The notes beneath the pieces are model-generated. The model did no database searches. It was not told where the DNA came from and saw nothing but the letters and a program-made list of their open reading frames with translations. From the IMG/VR virus record IMGVR_UViG_3300028197_000003, positions 128,352-192,351 of that record: 64,000 nt of DNA. The stretch is one strand, 5' to 3'. Made by a program: the position numbers and the translations under genes. This document shows positions 36,614 through 47,386 of the stretch, piece after piece. The DNA is from a virus. Positions within the stretch are counted from its first letter, which is position 1; each line of letters starts with the position of its first letter.

Positions 36614-36839
36614 ATTTCGAGGGAAAGTAACTGTCGATGGAATCATTGATCTTCCTGAAGAATGGTATGGCAAAGTTGATGTGAACTCTATTCATGTGCA
36701 ACTGACTGCCAACACTTGCTTCCAAGAACTTTTTGTTGAGTCAATCCCCTATGGCAGAACTGTAAAGGTTCGTAATCAAGGAGGAGGAAAAATTGATGCA
36801 TATTTTACTGTTACAGCAGTGTTGACAACAGAAGATTGA
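36600..36839 (+). CDS. Stand-alone copy of the LPxxW chaperone-like subdomain
   Basis: IDLPEEW...SIHVQLT resembles ILLPDYW...SITVSIT of the 35541 ORF. Confidence 0.6.
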   Translation: MTTIEFRGKVTVDGIIDLPEEWYGKVDVNSIHVQLTANTCFQELFVESIPYGRTVKVRNQGGGKIDAYFTVTAVLTTED

Positions 36840-36850
36840 AGAAGTATACT
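36822..36850 (+). promoter_or_regulatory. Sigma70-like promoter
   Basis: TTGACA-N17-TATACT. Confidence 0.7.
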
Positions 36851-36875
36851 AGTAAAGTTCTACCATCATAAGTCT

Positions 36876-37064
36876 ATGTTTGACTCCGAGCATGTAACAA
36901 AAATTGAGGTCAACGTTCCTGCTCGAAAATTTGTAATTCATGGAGCTGATGGTTCACGTCGTTCTCTGGAATGTCCTGAAACCGATCAATTCATGAATGT
37001 ATGGGAAATCGTTCAGTTAGCAACTGAAATTGACGAAGAAATCAAGATGGTTAGCTGCATCTGA
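36876..37064 (+). CDS. Small conserved cyanophage protein
   Basis: Follows promoter; QFMNV motif. Confidence 0.65.
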   Translation: MFDSEHVTKIEVNVPARKFVIHGADGSRRSLECPETDQFMNVWEIVQLATEIDEEIKMVSCI

Positions 37065-37125
37065 CTTAGTAGTCCGGGCACCGCTCCTAAATAATCTGAA
37101 GGAATGGTGTCTGGATTCATAGGTA

Positions 37126-40100
37126 ATGCCTCTTAGTAGACTTGAAAACTTCCTGAAGAACATTCAGGGCAATGTAATCTATGTAAATCCAGAAGAACTG
37201 GATGCCACAGATGACATTAGTAACACTGGTAACTCAAGAACTCGACCGTTCAAGACTATCCAACGGGCTCTTATAGAGTCTGCTAGATTTTCGTATCAAC
37301 TTGGAAAAGATAACGATAAGTTTGATAAGACTTCAATCGTAGTTTCTCCTGGAGTTCATTATGTTGATAACCGTCCTGGATATCAGATAAACACTTCAGG
37401 CACTGTAACCGACGTGACTGGTGCTTCAAAAAGCATTTCAGAGTTTGGTGTTGGTGCTAACTTCAACATTCAGGATGCCAACAATGTACTGTATCACTTC
37501 AACAGTGCGAATGGTGGCGTCATCATGCCACGTGGTACATCCATTTGTGGTTCAGACCTTCGTAAGACTAAGATTAGGCCAAAATATGTACCAGATCCAC
37601 TAAACGCTAGTATTCCTTCCACCGCATTATTCCGAGTAACTGGTGGTTGTTACTTCCGTGAGTTCACCTTGTTTGATGGTGATCCTGCAGATAAGATCTA
37701 TAAAGATTATACTACAAACGTCTACGCTCCCAACTATTCTCACCATAAACTTACCTGCTTTGAGTATGCAGATGGTGTGAATAAGATGGATGGTAAAGGT
37801 CTGACCGACCTTGACATGTATTATGCCAAGTTGACTTTGGCATATGGTAATGCATCTGGTCGTGCCCTTCCTTCTTATCCTACTAACGACGACTTTGAGC
37901 AAGTTGTTGATGAATCTCGGATTGTTGGTGCTATCTCCAACGTTGGTGCTATCCAGATCCAGGACATCTACTCTGGTGTCAACTCCACTGACCCCACTGC
38001 TACCACTATTGTAACTGTCCGTACTAGTGAGACACATGGTCTTACTGTAAATACACCTATCAACATCAAGGGTGTTGCTGGTGCTTCAAATGTCAATGGC
38101 ACAGAATATGATGGTGTGCACGTAGTCTCTCAAATCCTGAGCGACACACTGTTTACTTATTCTGTAACTACTGCACCTGCATCTACTGCTACTCCAAACC
38201 TTAGTGGTCTTTTCCCCACTGTCACGGTTGAGAGTGACACTGTTACAAGTGCATCGCCTTACATCTTCAACTGTTCTCTCCGTTCTGTATTTGGCATCAA
38301 CGGTCTACATGCTGATGGTAGCAAGGCAACTGGATTCAAATCCATGGTGCTGGCCCAGTTCACGGGTGTGTCCCTGAACAAAGATGACAATGCATTTGTA
38401 AAATATAATTTATCTAGTGGTGTATATGAAGATCAGACAGCTCTAGGAACGAGCACGATTCTGCACACCGATGGCATGGCACGCCATAGACCTGACTGGC
38501 AGAACTTCCACATCAAAGCATCCAACAACGCACAACTCCAGTTGGTGTCTGTGTTTGCTGTGGGTTGTGGACATCACTTTATTTGTGAGTCTGGTTCTGA
38601 CTCTTCCGTCACCAATTCTAACTCAAACTTTGGTGCCTGTGCACTATTATGTGACGGTTTCAAGGATGACGCATTCCAAAAGGATGATCAAGGTTTCATC
38701 ACTGCTATTCTCCCCGCACAAAAGAACTTTGGTGGTGATACCACATTCAACTGGTTGAAACTGGATGTAGATGACACCGCTGCTGCTTCAGACACTAAAC
38801 TATATCTCCGTGACTTCAAGCAACGTGACGATGTGCCTAGCGTTACAGCATCAAAATACTTTGTTGGTAACAAAGTTGGTGACGTACTTCAACTGAATAT
38901 CAACGGTCAGGTCAGTACCGCTGAGATCATGATGACGGTGCCTGCTGCCACGTCTGAATCCAGTGGTAAGAAGGATTTCCTTGTTGGTCGTGCCTCTGGA
39001 ATCAGTAGTATTTCTAGTGACATTCTTACACTGCAATGCGTCAATCAGACTCATAATCTGTTTACTGGTGAGTCTATCCGTTTCTATGCTGATAATGGTG
39101 CACTTCCTGATGGTATTGATTACAATCGTAAGTATTTTGTAATTGCCAACCCTGTTGCAACAGAGAAAGATAAGATAAAGATTGCAACTAGTAAGGATAA
39201 TGCTTTTGCTAATGTTGCTATTAGTGGCATCAATAATGTTGGCGGTCAACTGAGAGTTGTTTCTTCAGTTGTTGATAAAGAACCAGGTGACCCTGGTCAC
39301 CCCATCCAGTATGATGCCACTGGTTGGTATGTCAATGTCAAGACTGGAAACACACTTCACAATAAAATCCTGGTCAACCAGGCATCTATTACCCCTGAAA
39401 CTCCTGCAACATTCATCACTCGTAAGATTGATAATCGCCAGGACATCGAGACAATCTATCGCTTACGATATGTATTGCCTGATGGATCTGCTATTGCAGC
39501 ACCACCACAGAATGGTTACACCATTCAGGATAGTGGATCAGTTATTGATGATACTAACTTCCAGAATGAGAATAACGTTCTTGGTAGTGATTTAGATCTC
39601 CGTAATGAGACTTATATTACCAATGCTTCATGGAATGGTAATATTGGTTTTATCACCTGCCGTAATACTCATCACTTACATCATGGTCAGTTGATTCAAA
39701 TCAACCGTTTGCGTTCTGAGAATAACGTCCATGGTGAATCAAACTCAGGTTATAACGGTCTGCACTATGTTTCGCAGATCATTGATAAGAAGTCTTTCCG
39801 CATCGGTATCAACACGGATCCTGGAGGTATTACTACCATCTCCACGGGGATTCCTTATACATCTCATGATAACACTGTTGTTGGTTCTGGTCGGACGTTC
39901 TCTCCTTACTTCATAAGAAAAGAGTATGGTAATGCTTACCAGATCTTCAATCATGAGGTTCGTCAGGAGCATAAAAGCGGAGTGCAAGATGGTGTATATG
40001 ACCTGACCATACTGGGTTATCATGCTACCCCTGATCTGGCACCTTTCAATATTGGTAAGAATAGGTTCCCTCAGAACATCAACTATCTGAAACCGTTTGT

Positions 40101-42807
40101 TGATGTTGATGCTGTTACAGATGATCCTTTAGATGCTACATCTTATGCTGTCCGAACTGACATTGGACATGTTGAGAGTAGCAATCCTGAGCACAGTATC
40201 ACTAAGGAGTCCACATATAAGATAATCGATGACATGGGCATCGGTGTAAAAATTACTGATGCAACGGTCTCAGGTACCACAGTAACTCTCAATACTGAAG
40301 TTGACCATGACTTGAATGGTATTCTCCAGATTGGTTCTTTGAGTGGTGGTGTTGGTTTTGGTATCAACAGTGGTACCGGAGAATATTACTTTGGTGCACA
40401 CTTCACTGGTGGTAGTGGTCAAGGTGCCAGTGCTGATGTTGTTGTCAACGCTGCTGGTAATATTTCTGAAGTTACCTTGGTTGATCGTGGATCAGGATAT
40501 GTTGTTGGCGACACTCTGACTCTTGCTGGTGTTCCTAAGTTTGATCCAGGTGGTGACAATTCTACTGTACAGGTGAGTGAAATTGACAATGTTGTGGGTG
40601 ACATTGTTCAAGTTGTGGGTGTGGGTAGCACCGGATTCAACGGTCTGCATCGTATCACTCAAATTACTGATCCTAAGAACCTTCTTTATAGTTCTGGTGG
40701 AGTTTCCGTAGGATCTACAGGTGGTTTTATCTACCATGTAGGTGTTACTACTACGATCACTAACATTGTTCATAATAAGACGACGAAGATCGCAACCGTG
40801 ACAATGAACACGGACATCGGTCTGAGACGTGGTGATCAAATTGTTATCAATGGTGCCAATACAGAATATAATGGTACATGGTCTATTCAAGATCGTATTG
40901 GTTATGGATCATCTCTAAGTGTCGTGATTGATTCTGAAACTGATCCTACTTTCTCTGGTGCTGGTGCATATGCACATGGAAGTGGTATCAACTTCCGTGC
41001 TAATGGTCAAACTATTCCCATCTATGATGGTGCATTTAGTGAGATTAGTGCAGGATTGAGTACAACCTCAACTAGTATCACACTAAAGAATCCTCATGGA
41101 TTCAACCGTGGTGACTTCTTGCAGATTGAAGATGAGATTGTTCGCATCATCAACCCACAGAAAAATCAAATTGCACGTGGTGTGTTGGGCACCAATGCTT
41201 CATCACACCTTCAGTACGTTGCCGCACAGCGTATCAAGGTTCTACCTGTTGAGCAACGTCGTCACTCTACTATCCGTGCCTCGGGTCACACATTTGAATA
41301 TGTTGGTTATGGACCTGGCAACTACAGCACGGGCATGCCTCAGACACAAACCCGTGTTCTAGACGACAACCAGCAACTACTGGCACAGTCTGTAAACACT
41401 CGTGGCGGTACTGTTGTATACTCCGGTATGAATGACCGGGGTGAGTTCTTCATTGGTCGTAAGAAGATTGATGCTCTGACTGGTGAAGAGATCAGCACCA
41501 TCACTAAGTTTGACTCAACGCCAGTTCTCAAAGTTCCTATAACAGCAGACTTTGATGACCTGACTGTCAAGAATAACCTGTACAGTTTGGGTAACACTGA
41601 ACTGATTGACTTACAACTCAAGGGTAACCGTTCTGGTGCTGTTGGTGCAAGTGTATTGGTGGGAGTCAATGGTAGTTCCTCCAATGCAGTTCCTACCAGT
41701 TCAATTGACCAGATTCTTCTCAATCTGTCATACGATAAGGGTGGTTACATTGGATATGTGAGAACTGGTGACACTTCTCCGTGGAAGAAGTGGGGTCCGA
41801 TCACAGTTGACGCTACTGACCATTATGCCTTTGACAAACTTGCTCTGGGCAATAACACTGGAACTACTGCTCACCGTGTCTTTGACGCAACTGGTGATGC
41901 TTATATCAGTGGTGGTCTAAGTGTAGGTGCTGCGTCTACGATTGCTAGTCTAGCGGTCAGTGATCTAACTGCCACAAGGGTGGTGTTTGCAGGTACTGAC
42001 GGTGAACTGACGGACAATGGAGTTCTCTACTTCTCTGGTTCTACACTGTTTTCACACACTCAGGTAGCATCCAACACTATCACTGCTGGTGAGTTCATTG
42101 GACCTGGCACAATCCCTCTGGGTGGCATCATCATGTGGTCTGGTAGCACTGTTCCTACTGGATGGTCACTTTGTAATGGAAGTAACAGCACACCTAACCT
42201 CACCGACCGCTTTATTGTGGGTTCTGGTGGAGCTCTCAACACTGGTGCTACGGGTGGTACTAATTCCCTCACTCTGACTCTGGGTCAACTGCCGGATCAC
42301 TTCCATAGTCAACCATCGCACGCTCACGGTGCTGGCAGTTTGACAGGTACTGGTACCGCAAGCAACGAATCAGTTGACCACACTCATGGTTTCAGTGCAA
42401 GCACTAATAACGATACTCATAATCACACTGTAAGTGGAAGCACTAATAATCCAGGTAACCATACTCATGGTTTCTCGGTATACAGTGATACTGATGATAA
42501 CAGCAGTATCCCCAACGCACCGGATATAGCTTATGATGCAAATCCGGCAGGAACAGCCCAAACTGATGGTAATGGGGGACACACTCACACTGTAAGTGGA
42601 AGCACTAATAACGATACTCATAGTCATGGTGTAAGTGGTACCACAGAAACTTCTGGTAATACATCACACTCCCACACTCTAACTGTTGGTATTTCTGGAT
42701 CAACAGAGTCTGGTGGAAATCAGAATACTGGATCAATTGGTAGTGGTGATGCCATTGATAACCGTCCTCTATATTATGCACTCGCATATATCATGCGGAC
42801 TACCTGA
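37126..42807 (+). CDS. Giant virion structural/fibre protein with tail-collar domain and HxH needle
   Basis: MPLSRLENFLKN start typical of cyanophage giant structural proteins; IPLGGIIMWSG...CNG...PNLTDRFIVG collar; 8 HxH motifs; RPLYYALAYIMR end. Confidence 0.85.
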   Translation: MPLSRLENFLKNIQGNVIYVNPEELDATDDISNTGNSRTRPFKTIQRALIESARFSYQLGKDNDKFDKTSIVVSPGVHYVDNRPGYQINTSGTVTDVTGASKSISEFGVGANFNIQDANNVLYHFNSANGGVIMPRGTSICGSDLRKTKIRPKYVPDPLNASIPSTALFRVTGGCYFREFTLFDGDPADKIYKDYTTNVYAPNYSHHKLTCFEYADGVNKMDGKGLTDLDMYYAKLTLAYGNASGRALPSYPTNDDFEQVVDESRIVGAISNVGAIQIQDIYSGVNSTDPTATTIVTVRTSETHGLTVNTPINIKGVAGASNVNGTEYDGVHVVSQILSDTLFTYSVTTAPASTATPNLSGLFPTVTVESDTVTSASPYIFNCSLRSVFGINGLHADGSKATGFKSMVLAQFTGVSLNKDDNAFVKYNLSSGVYEDQTALGTSTILHTDGMARHRPDWQNFHIKASNNAQLQLVSVFAVGCGHHFICESGSDSSVTNSNSNFGACALLCDGFKDDAFQKDDQGFITAILPAQKNFGGDTTFNWLKLDVDDTAAASDTKLYLRDFKQRDDVPSVTASKYFVGNKVGDVLQLNINGQVSTAEIMMTVPAATSESSGKKDFLVGRASGISSISSDILTLQCVNQTHNLFTGESIRFYADNGALPDGIDYNRKYFVIANPVATEKDKIKIATSKDNAFANVAISGINNVGGQLRVVSSVVDKEPGDPGHPIQYDATGWYVNVKTGNTLHNKILVNQASITPETPATFITRKIDNRQDIETIYRLRYVLPDGSAIAAPPQNGYTIQDSGSVIDDTNFQNENNVLGSDLDLRNETYITNASWNGNIGFITCRNTHHLHHGQLIQINRLRSENNVHGESNSGYNGLHYVSQIIDKKSFRIGINTDPGGITTISTGIPYTSHDNTVVGSGRTFSPYFIRKEYGNAYQIFNHEVRQEHKSGVQDGVYDLTILGYHATPDLAPFNIGKNRFPQNINYLKPFVDVDAVTDDPLDATSYAVRTDIGHVESSNPEHSITKESTYKIIDDMGIGVKITDATVSGTTVTLNTEVDHDLNGILQIGSLSGGVGFGINSGTGEYYFGAHFTGGSGQGASADVVVNAAGNISEVTLVDRGSGYVVGDTLTLAGVPKFDPGGDNSTVQVSEIDNVVGDIVQVVGVGSTGFNGLHRITQITDPKNLLYSSGGVSVGSTGGFIYHVGVTTTITNIVHNKTTKIATVTMNTDIGLRRGDQIVINGANTEYNGTWSIQDRIGYGSSLSVVIDSETDPTFSGAGAYAHGSGINFRANGQTIPIYDGAFSEISAGLSTTSTSITLKNPHGFNRGDFLQIEDEIVRIINPQKNQIARGVLGTNASSHLQYVAAQRIKVLPVEQRRHSTIRASGHTFEYVGYGPGNYSTGMPQTQTRVLDDNQQLLAQSVNTRGGTVVYSGMNDRGEFFIGRKKIDALTGEEISTITKFDSTPVLKVPITADFDDLTVKNNLYSLGNTELIDLQLKGNRSGAVGASVLVGVNGSSSNAVPTSSIDQILLNLSYDKGGYIGYVRTGDTSPWKKWGPITVDATDHYAFDKLALGNNTGTTAHRVFDATGDAYISGGLSVGAASTIASLAVSDLTATRVVFAGTDGELTDNGVLYFSGSTLFSHTQVASNTITAGEFIGPGTIPLGGIIMWSGSTVPTGWSLCNGSNSTPNLTDRFIVGSGGALNTGATGGTNSLTLTLGQLPDHFHSQPSHAHGAGSLTGTGTASNESVDHTHGFSASTNNDTHNHTVSGSTNNPGNHTHGFSVYSDTDDNSSIPNAPDIAYDANPAGTAQTDGNGGHTHTVSGSTNNDTHSHGVSGTTETSGNTSHSHTLTVGISGSTESGGNQNTGSIGSGDAIDNRPLYYALAYIMRTT

Positions 42808-42839
42808 TAAATACAAACATAAAAGGGGTATCTTGGTAA

Positions 42840-45179
42840 ATGGCATCGGTAAATAAAAAGTTTGCTGTCGAAAAGGGTCTGGAAGTTGGCGACCAGGCTC
42901 TTGTCGTTGATGCCGATAATAATCGTACTGGTATTGGTAAAACCAATCCGGAATACGGTTTAGATGTTGCAACTACAGCACGTTTTGATGGTATTGTTAC
43001 CGCTGCTCAGGTAGGCATTGGTAGCACACAACCTGGCAGGGATGGTGACTTCAATGCGGACATCGCAGTCCGTAAGAAGTTATATGATATGAATGACAGT
43101 GCTGGATCAGACTTCAAAGTTCTGGTCTCTGTCGGCACTGGTGTCTCTTGGTCAAGTAATGCTGATATTACTGCCCTTGCAGATGGTCGTCCGGATCAAT
43201 TACAATATAAGAAAGATGATGGCACCTTTGGTGGTGCTTCTCAATTTGTATATGATGATGGTAATGACCGCGTGGGTATTGGTAGTACCCAACCGGATTA
43301 TACCTTAGATGTTGATGGCACTGTCCGGATTGATGGTGTCTTCCGCGATTCTAATGCTCAAGTTGGTATTGCTAAATCTATTCTTGCTGCCAATAGTGCT
43401 GGTAAACTTCAGTGGGTCGGTGCTGGTGCATCAACACTGAATATCATTTATGTTGCAGAAGACGGTAATGATACAAATTCTGGCAGGACACTGAGTGGTG
43501 CTAAGAGATCAATCAAGGCAGCAACTGAGATTGCTGGTGCCGGTGATGTAATCCGTGTTGCTGGTGGTGTTTACAGTGAAAACAACCCCATCACTGTGCC
43601 ACGTAATGTGTCGATTGATGGTGATGACCTGAGAAATACTCAAGTTATTCCATCAAATGTTGGACAAGATCTATTCAAGGTTCATAATGGTGCCTTGATT
43701 CAGAATATGTCATTTGTTGGTGCTGCTAACACTGGCGCAATGATTACGTTCCCACCTGAGGGTGTGGTCAATCGTCACAGTTTTGTAAGTGCTAATGCAA
43801 ATTCATTCAAGATTGGACCCAACTGGCACACTGGTGTGTCCACCACACCCACGTTTATCAACTACGATCCTATCAGTGGTGTTACAACTGCCACAATTGT
43901 AGGTCATGGTCTGACACTATCTAACACCATTGGTATTGTCACTGGTGGTTTTGCAGTGACTTGTGACGGTGATGATAATGCCACTCTACATTCATATCCA
44001 CGGGCAAGTGATCCTCTTGCTGGTATTTTTACTGGCATCACATCATTCACATCTAACACCATCACCTTCCTGTCAGGCAATGCTGGTAGTGGAGCGAGAA
44101 TCACGGGCATTATCACCCAGTCTCCATATGTGAGGAACTGTACAAACTTTGTTCCTGACAGCATTGGTATGAGGATCAATGGTAACCACGCTGGTGGTAC
44201 CAAGTCTATGGTAGTTGACTCTTATACCCAGTACAACCAGGGTGGTATTGGTGTCACAATCTCTAATGATGGTTATGCACAGTTGGTGTCCATCTTTACT
44301 GTGTGTGATGAGTACGCCATCTCCTGCGTGTCAGGTGGTCAGTGTGACCTGAACAACTCTAATGCCTCGTTCGGTACCTTTGGTATTGTGGCATCCGGTG
44401 TTGGTACTGTCACAGACACTGGTGCATTAGCAGTTGATGCGGTTGAAGAAGACAATACTGTTGTTATGAATGGACTTACTCAACGTCCTTACTCTGGTCA
44501 GGTTTTCTATATTGGAGAACTATTCAATGAAGTTATCAAGGTCAATGTAACTAACGCTGGCACTGGATACACTAGTGCCAATCCCCCAAAAGTCACAATT
44601 GGTGCTCCTTCTGGTCCCAATGGCGCTAATGCTGAAGCAACAGCAGAAGTAAATGGTTTTGGACAACTAACTTCCATCAATTTATTTGCAACTGGCACAC
44701 AATATCGTACCGCTCCAAGTGTTACGATTGCTGGTGGTAGTGGTACCACAGCGGAGGCAACTGCTGAAGTTGGACCTACTTACTTCACTATAAATACTGC
44801 TACGCCGGTTACTGCAGGCGTTTCGACCGTTACTATTGATCAAAAACTACCGGCAAATGTCGGTCTTGGTTCAGCGATCCCCCTCCAGCGACAATCTCTG
44901 ATTCTTGCATCTTCATATACATTTGAATTTGTTGGTGCTGGTCTTACGATTGCTAACGCATTGCCTCGTAAAGGTGGCGTTACTATTCCTGAAAATGAAA
45001 CTGTATCTGAGGGTGGTGGTCGAGTTGTTTATACCTCCACGGATGAGAGAGGTAATTTGAAAGTCGGTGATGGTTTTACTATCAACCAGCAAACAGGCAC
45101 CATTACAGGTGATGCTTTCAATAAGAGTATCCAAGCAACCCTTACACCACTAATTATTGCACTCGGAGGTAATGTCTAA
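42840..45179 (+). CDS. Virion structural/fibre protein with beta-helix
   Basis: IYVAEDGND...AKRSIKAA, GVYSENNPI, QSPYVRNCT. Confidence 0.8.
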   Translation: MASVNKKFAVEKGLEVGDQALVVDADNNRTGIGKTNPEYGLDVATTARFDGIVTAAQVGIGSTQPGRDGDFNADIAVRKKLYDMNDSAGSDFKVLVSVGTGVSWSSNADITALADGRPDQLQYKKDDGTFGGASQFVYDDGNDRVGIGSTQPDYTLDVDGTVRIDGVFRDSNAQVGIAKSILAANSAGKLQWVGAGASTLNIIYVAEDGNDTNSGRTLSGAKRSIKAATEIAGAGDVIRVAGGVYSENNPITVPRNVSIDGDDLRNTQVIPSNVGQDLFKVHNGALIQNMSFVGAANTGAMITFPPEGVVNRHSFVSANANSFKIGPNWHTGVSTTPTFINYDPISGVTTATIVGHGLTLSNTIGIVTGGFAVTCDGDDNATLHSYPRASDPLAGIFTGITSFTSNTITFLSGNAGSGARITGIITQSPYVRNCTNFVPDSIGMRINGNHAGGTKSMVVDSYTQYNQGGIGVTISNDGYAQLVSIFTVCDEYAISCVSGGQCDLNNSNASFGTFGIVASGVGTVTDTGALAVDAVEEDNTVVMNGLTQRPYSGQVFYIGELFNEVIKVNVTNAGTGYTSANPPKVTIGAPSGPNGANAEATAEVNGFGQLTSINLFATGTQYRTAPSVTIAGGSGTTAEATAEVGPTYFTINTATPVTAGVSTVTIDQKLPANVGLGSAIPLQRQSLILASSYTFEFVGAGLTIANALPRKGGVTIPENETVSEGGGRVVYTSTDERGNLKVGDGFTINQQTGTITGDAFNKSIQATLTPLIIALGGNV

Positions 45180-45517
45180 TGGCTGCGATTCCACTCAATA
45201 AATTTAGAACCATCACGCACAGTCTAACTGACACTGCTGTTGGTATCTACACATGCCCTCCAGGTGTAGCATCTTTGCTCATCTATGGCAATGTATCAAA
45301 TGTTGGTCAAGGATCCTCTGTGACCACATTTACTGTTACCCACAAGCGTGGTCTTATTGATACTGAAGTCGTGCGTGATGCACGCATTCCCCATCAGGAT
45401 GCTATGTCATTCCTTGATGGTCGTCTCGCACTTGAGACTGGTGATATTCTTACCATCAAAGGTAATGAAAATTCTACTATGAAGTGTATTATTTCCATTC
45501 TCGAAAACGCTAAGTAA
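45179..45517 (+). CDS. Small virion protein
   Basis: Typical beta-sandwich ORF between fibre genes (YTCP, LALETGD). Confidence 0.65.
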   Translation: MAAIPLNKFRTITHSLTDTAVGIYTCPPGVASLLIYGNVSNVGQGSSVTTFTVTHKRGLIDTEVVRDARIPHQDAMSFLDGRLALETGDILTIKGNENSTMKCIISILENAK

Positions 45518-45519
45518 CA

Positions 45520-47385
45520 ATGAGACTGCTGTCCGGGCGTGTAGGTGTAACATCTTACTCAGGTCTATCTACTGATAGAAAACAAACTGATGGATTTCCT
45601 AGCTTTCTAGCAATGGAAGAGGTAGAACCGAATCTCGGTCTGCCTGGAAATAACAACCATATTTTATATGGCACCGTTGAGGGTGGTAGATATTGGGCAG
45701 CACCATCTGGGGCTCCATCAGGAAGTGTTGAGGGTATAGATGTTCAAAAGGATGCCATAACACCAGTTGGTTTCGGTGGTTCTACCACTATTATCAACTT
45801 CACTGGTAATGGTGTAAATGTATCTGCCACCAAACAGGATAATGGTGGTGTTGAGGTTGGTGTTGCCACTGTATCAATCAATAAGGCAACAACTGATATT
45901 CAAGATGCCAACTTATTCACCCGTGTAACTGGTGTTACAACCTTCCGTGTTGGTACAGGTCTCTCGTTTGAGTCAGTTCCAGGACAATCAGGTATTGTTA
46001 GTGTTTTCTCTTCTGGGGCATCTATTCTACTTCAGGGTGCTGATGGTAGCACTGCTGTAGATAAAGTCAGTGTGGTCCGCCTGGGAGTAGGTCTAACAGC
46101 ATCTCAAGTCTCTGTTGGTATTGCAACTGTTGATATCAGTGGTATCTTTGATAACATAAGTGCTACAGGTATTATTACTACTGCTCAATTTTTCAGTGGT
46201 AACGTAGTTGGAGCAGCACTTACCGCAAATGTGTTTGATGGTGGTGTCTTCAGTGGCAACTTAGTTGGTGATGTTGCTGGTAACCTGGTTGGTATCACCA
46301 CTGGTACTCATGATGGTGATGTAACTGGTAATATTGTCGGTAACTTGAACTCTGTTGGTGTTTCTACCATCAACTTCCTAAAGAATATCAATATAGTATC
46401 TACTGGTATTGTTACTTCCACAGGTTTCATAGGACCCCTGACTGGTGATGTCACTGGCAATGTCAGTGGTGCTCTTACTGGTAATGTAACTGGTAATGTA
46501 ACTGGTAATTTGACCGGTGATGTTACTAGCACGGGAAGTAATGCATTTGGTCAGGTACTCGTAAGTGGCGTTACAACTGCTACTGGTGGTTTTGTTGGTC
46601 CTATTACTGGTGATGTAACTGGTAATGTAATAGGTACTCTGAACGGCAACATCAATGCTGTCACCGGAATCAATACTATCACCAATCAGTTGAGAATTCT
46701 GGTTGATGATGGATTGCCTGCACGTATTGATTATTATTGTGAAGTTTCTAACGTTCATTACACTCGGGTGCAATCTGCTGCCCATAGTGAGTATAGTGGT
46801 AACGTAACACTCACACTTGGTACTAAGAGTGGTGATTTTATTATTGGTGATACTGCTGGTGCTATCACGCAGAACATTCACACTACGGGTATTATTACAG
46901 CAGCACAGTTCCATGGCAATGGGGCAAACTTGACTAATATTGTTGCCGGTAACAGCACGCTAACTGCTACCAACACCACCAACTCCAGTCATTATCTGAT
47001 CTTTGCTGAAGCAGCGACTGGTACTGAAGAGTTCCGAACTGACGTTGACCTCAACTATAACCCTGCAACCAACACACTGACTGCGGTCAAGTTTGCTGGT
47101 AACGCGACTGGTTTGACTGATACTCCAGCAATTGCAGTGTCAGGCATTACGTTGAGTGGCAACATGCTCGCTGATGCTGATGCTACTCGTGATCTAGGCG
47201 GTGTTGGCACTCGCTGGGCAAATGTTTATACTGCTGATATGCACTTCAGCAATGTAGGCACAGGTGGTAATGATGTTGATGGAACTGAAGGTAATTGGAC
47301 ACTTCAAGAGGGTGAGAATGACATCTATATGATCAATAATAAAACTGGACAAAAATTCAAAATTGCATTGACTCCAGTATATTGA
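45520..47385 (+). CDS. Tail fibre protein
   Basis: G(N/D)VT repeats; C-terminal RWANVYTADMHFSN...GNWTLQEGE domain. Confidence 0.85.
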   Translation: MRLLSGRVGVTSYSGLSTDRKQTDGFPSFLAMEEVEPNLGLPGNNNHILYGTVEGGRYWAAPSGAPSGSVEGIDVQKDAITPVGFGGSTTIINFTGNGVNVSATKQDNGGVEVGVATVSINKATTDIQDANLFTRVTGVTTFRVGTGLSFESVPGQSGIVSVFSSGASILLQGADGSTAVDKVSVVRLGVGLTASQVSVGIATVDISGIFDNISATGIITTAQFFSGNVVGAALTANVFDGGVFSGNLVGDVAGNLVGITTGTHDGDVTGNIVGNLNSVGVSTINFLKNINIVSTGIVTSTGFIGPLTGDVTGNVSGALTGNVTGNVTGNLTGDVTSTGSNAFGQVLVSGVTTATGGFVGPITGDVTGNVIGTLNGNINAVTGINTITNQLRILVDDGLPARIDYYCEVSNVHYTRVQSAAHSEYSGNVTLTLGTKSGDFIIGDTAGAITQNIHTTGIITAAQFHGNGANLTNIVAGNSTLTATNTTNSSHYLIFAEAATGTEEFRTDVDLNYNPATNTLTAVKFAGNATGLTDTPAIAVSGITLSGNMLADADATRDLGGVGTRWANVYTADMHFSNVGTGGNDVDGTEGNWTLQEGENDIYMINNKTGQKFKIALTPVY

Positions 47386-47386
47386 T

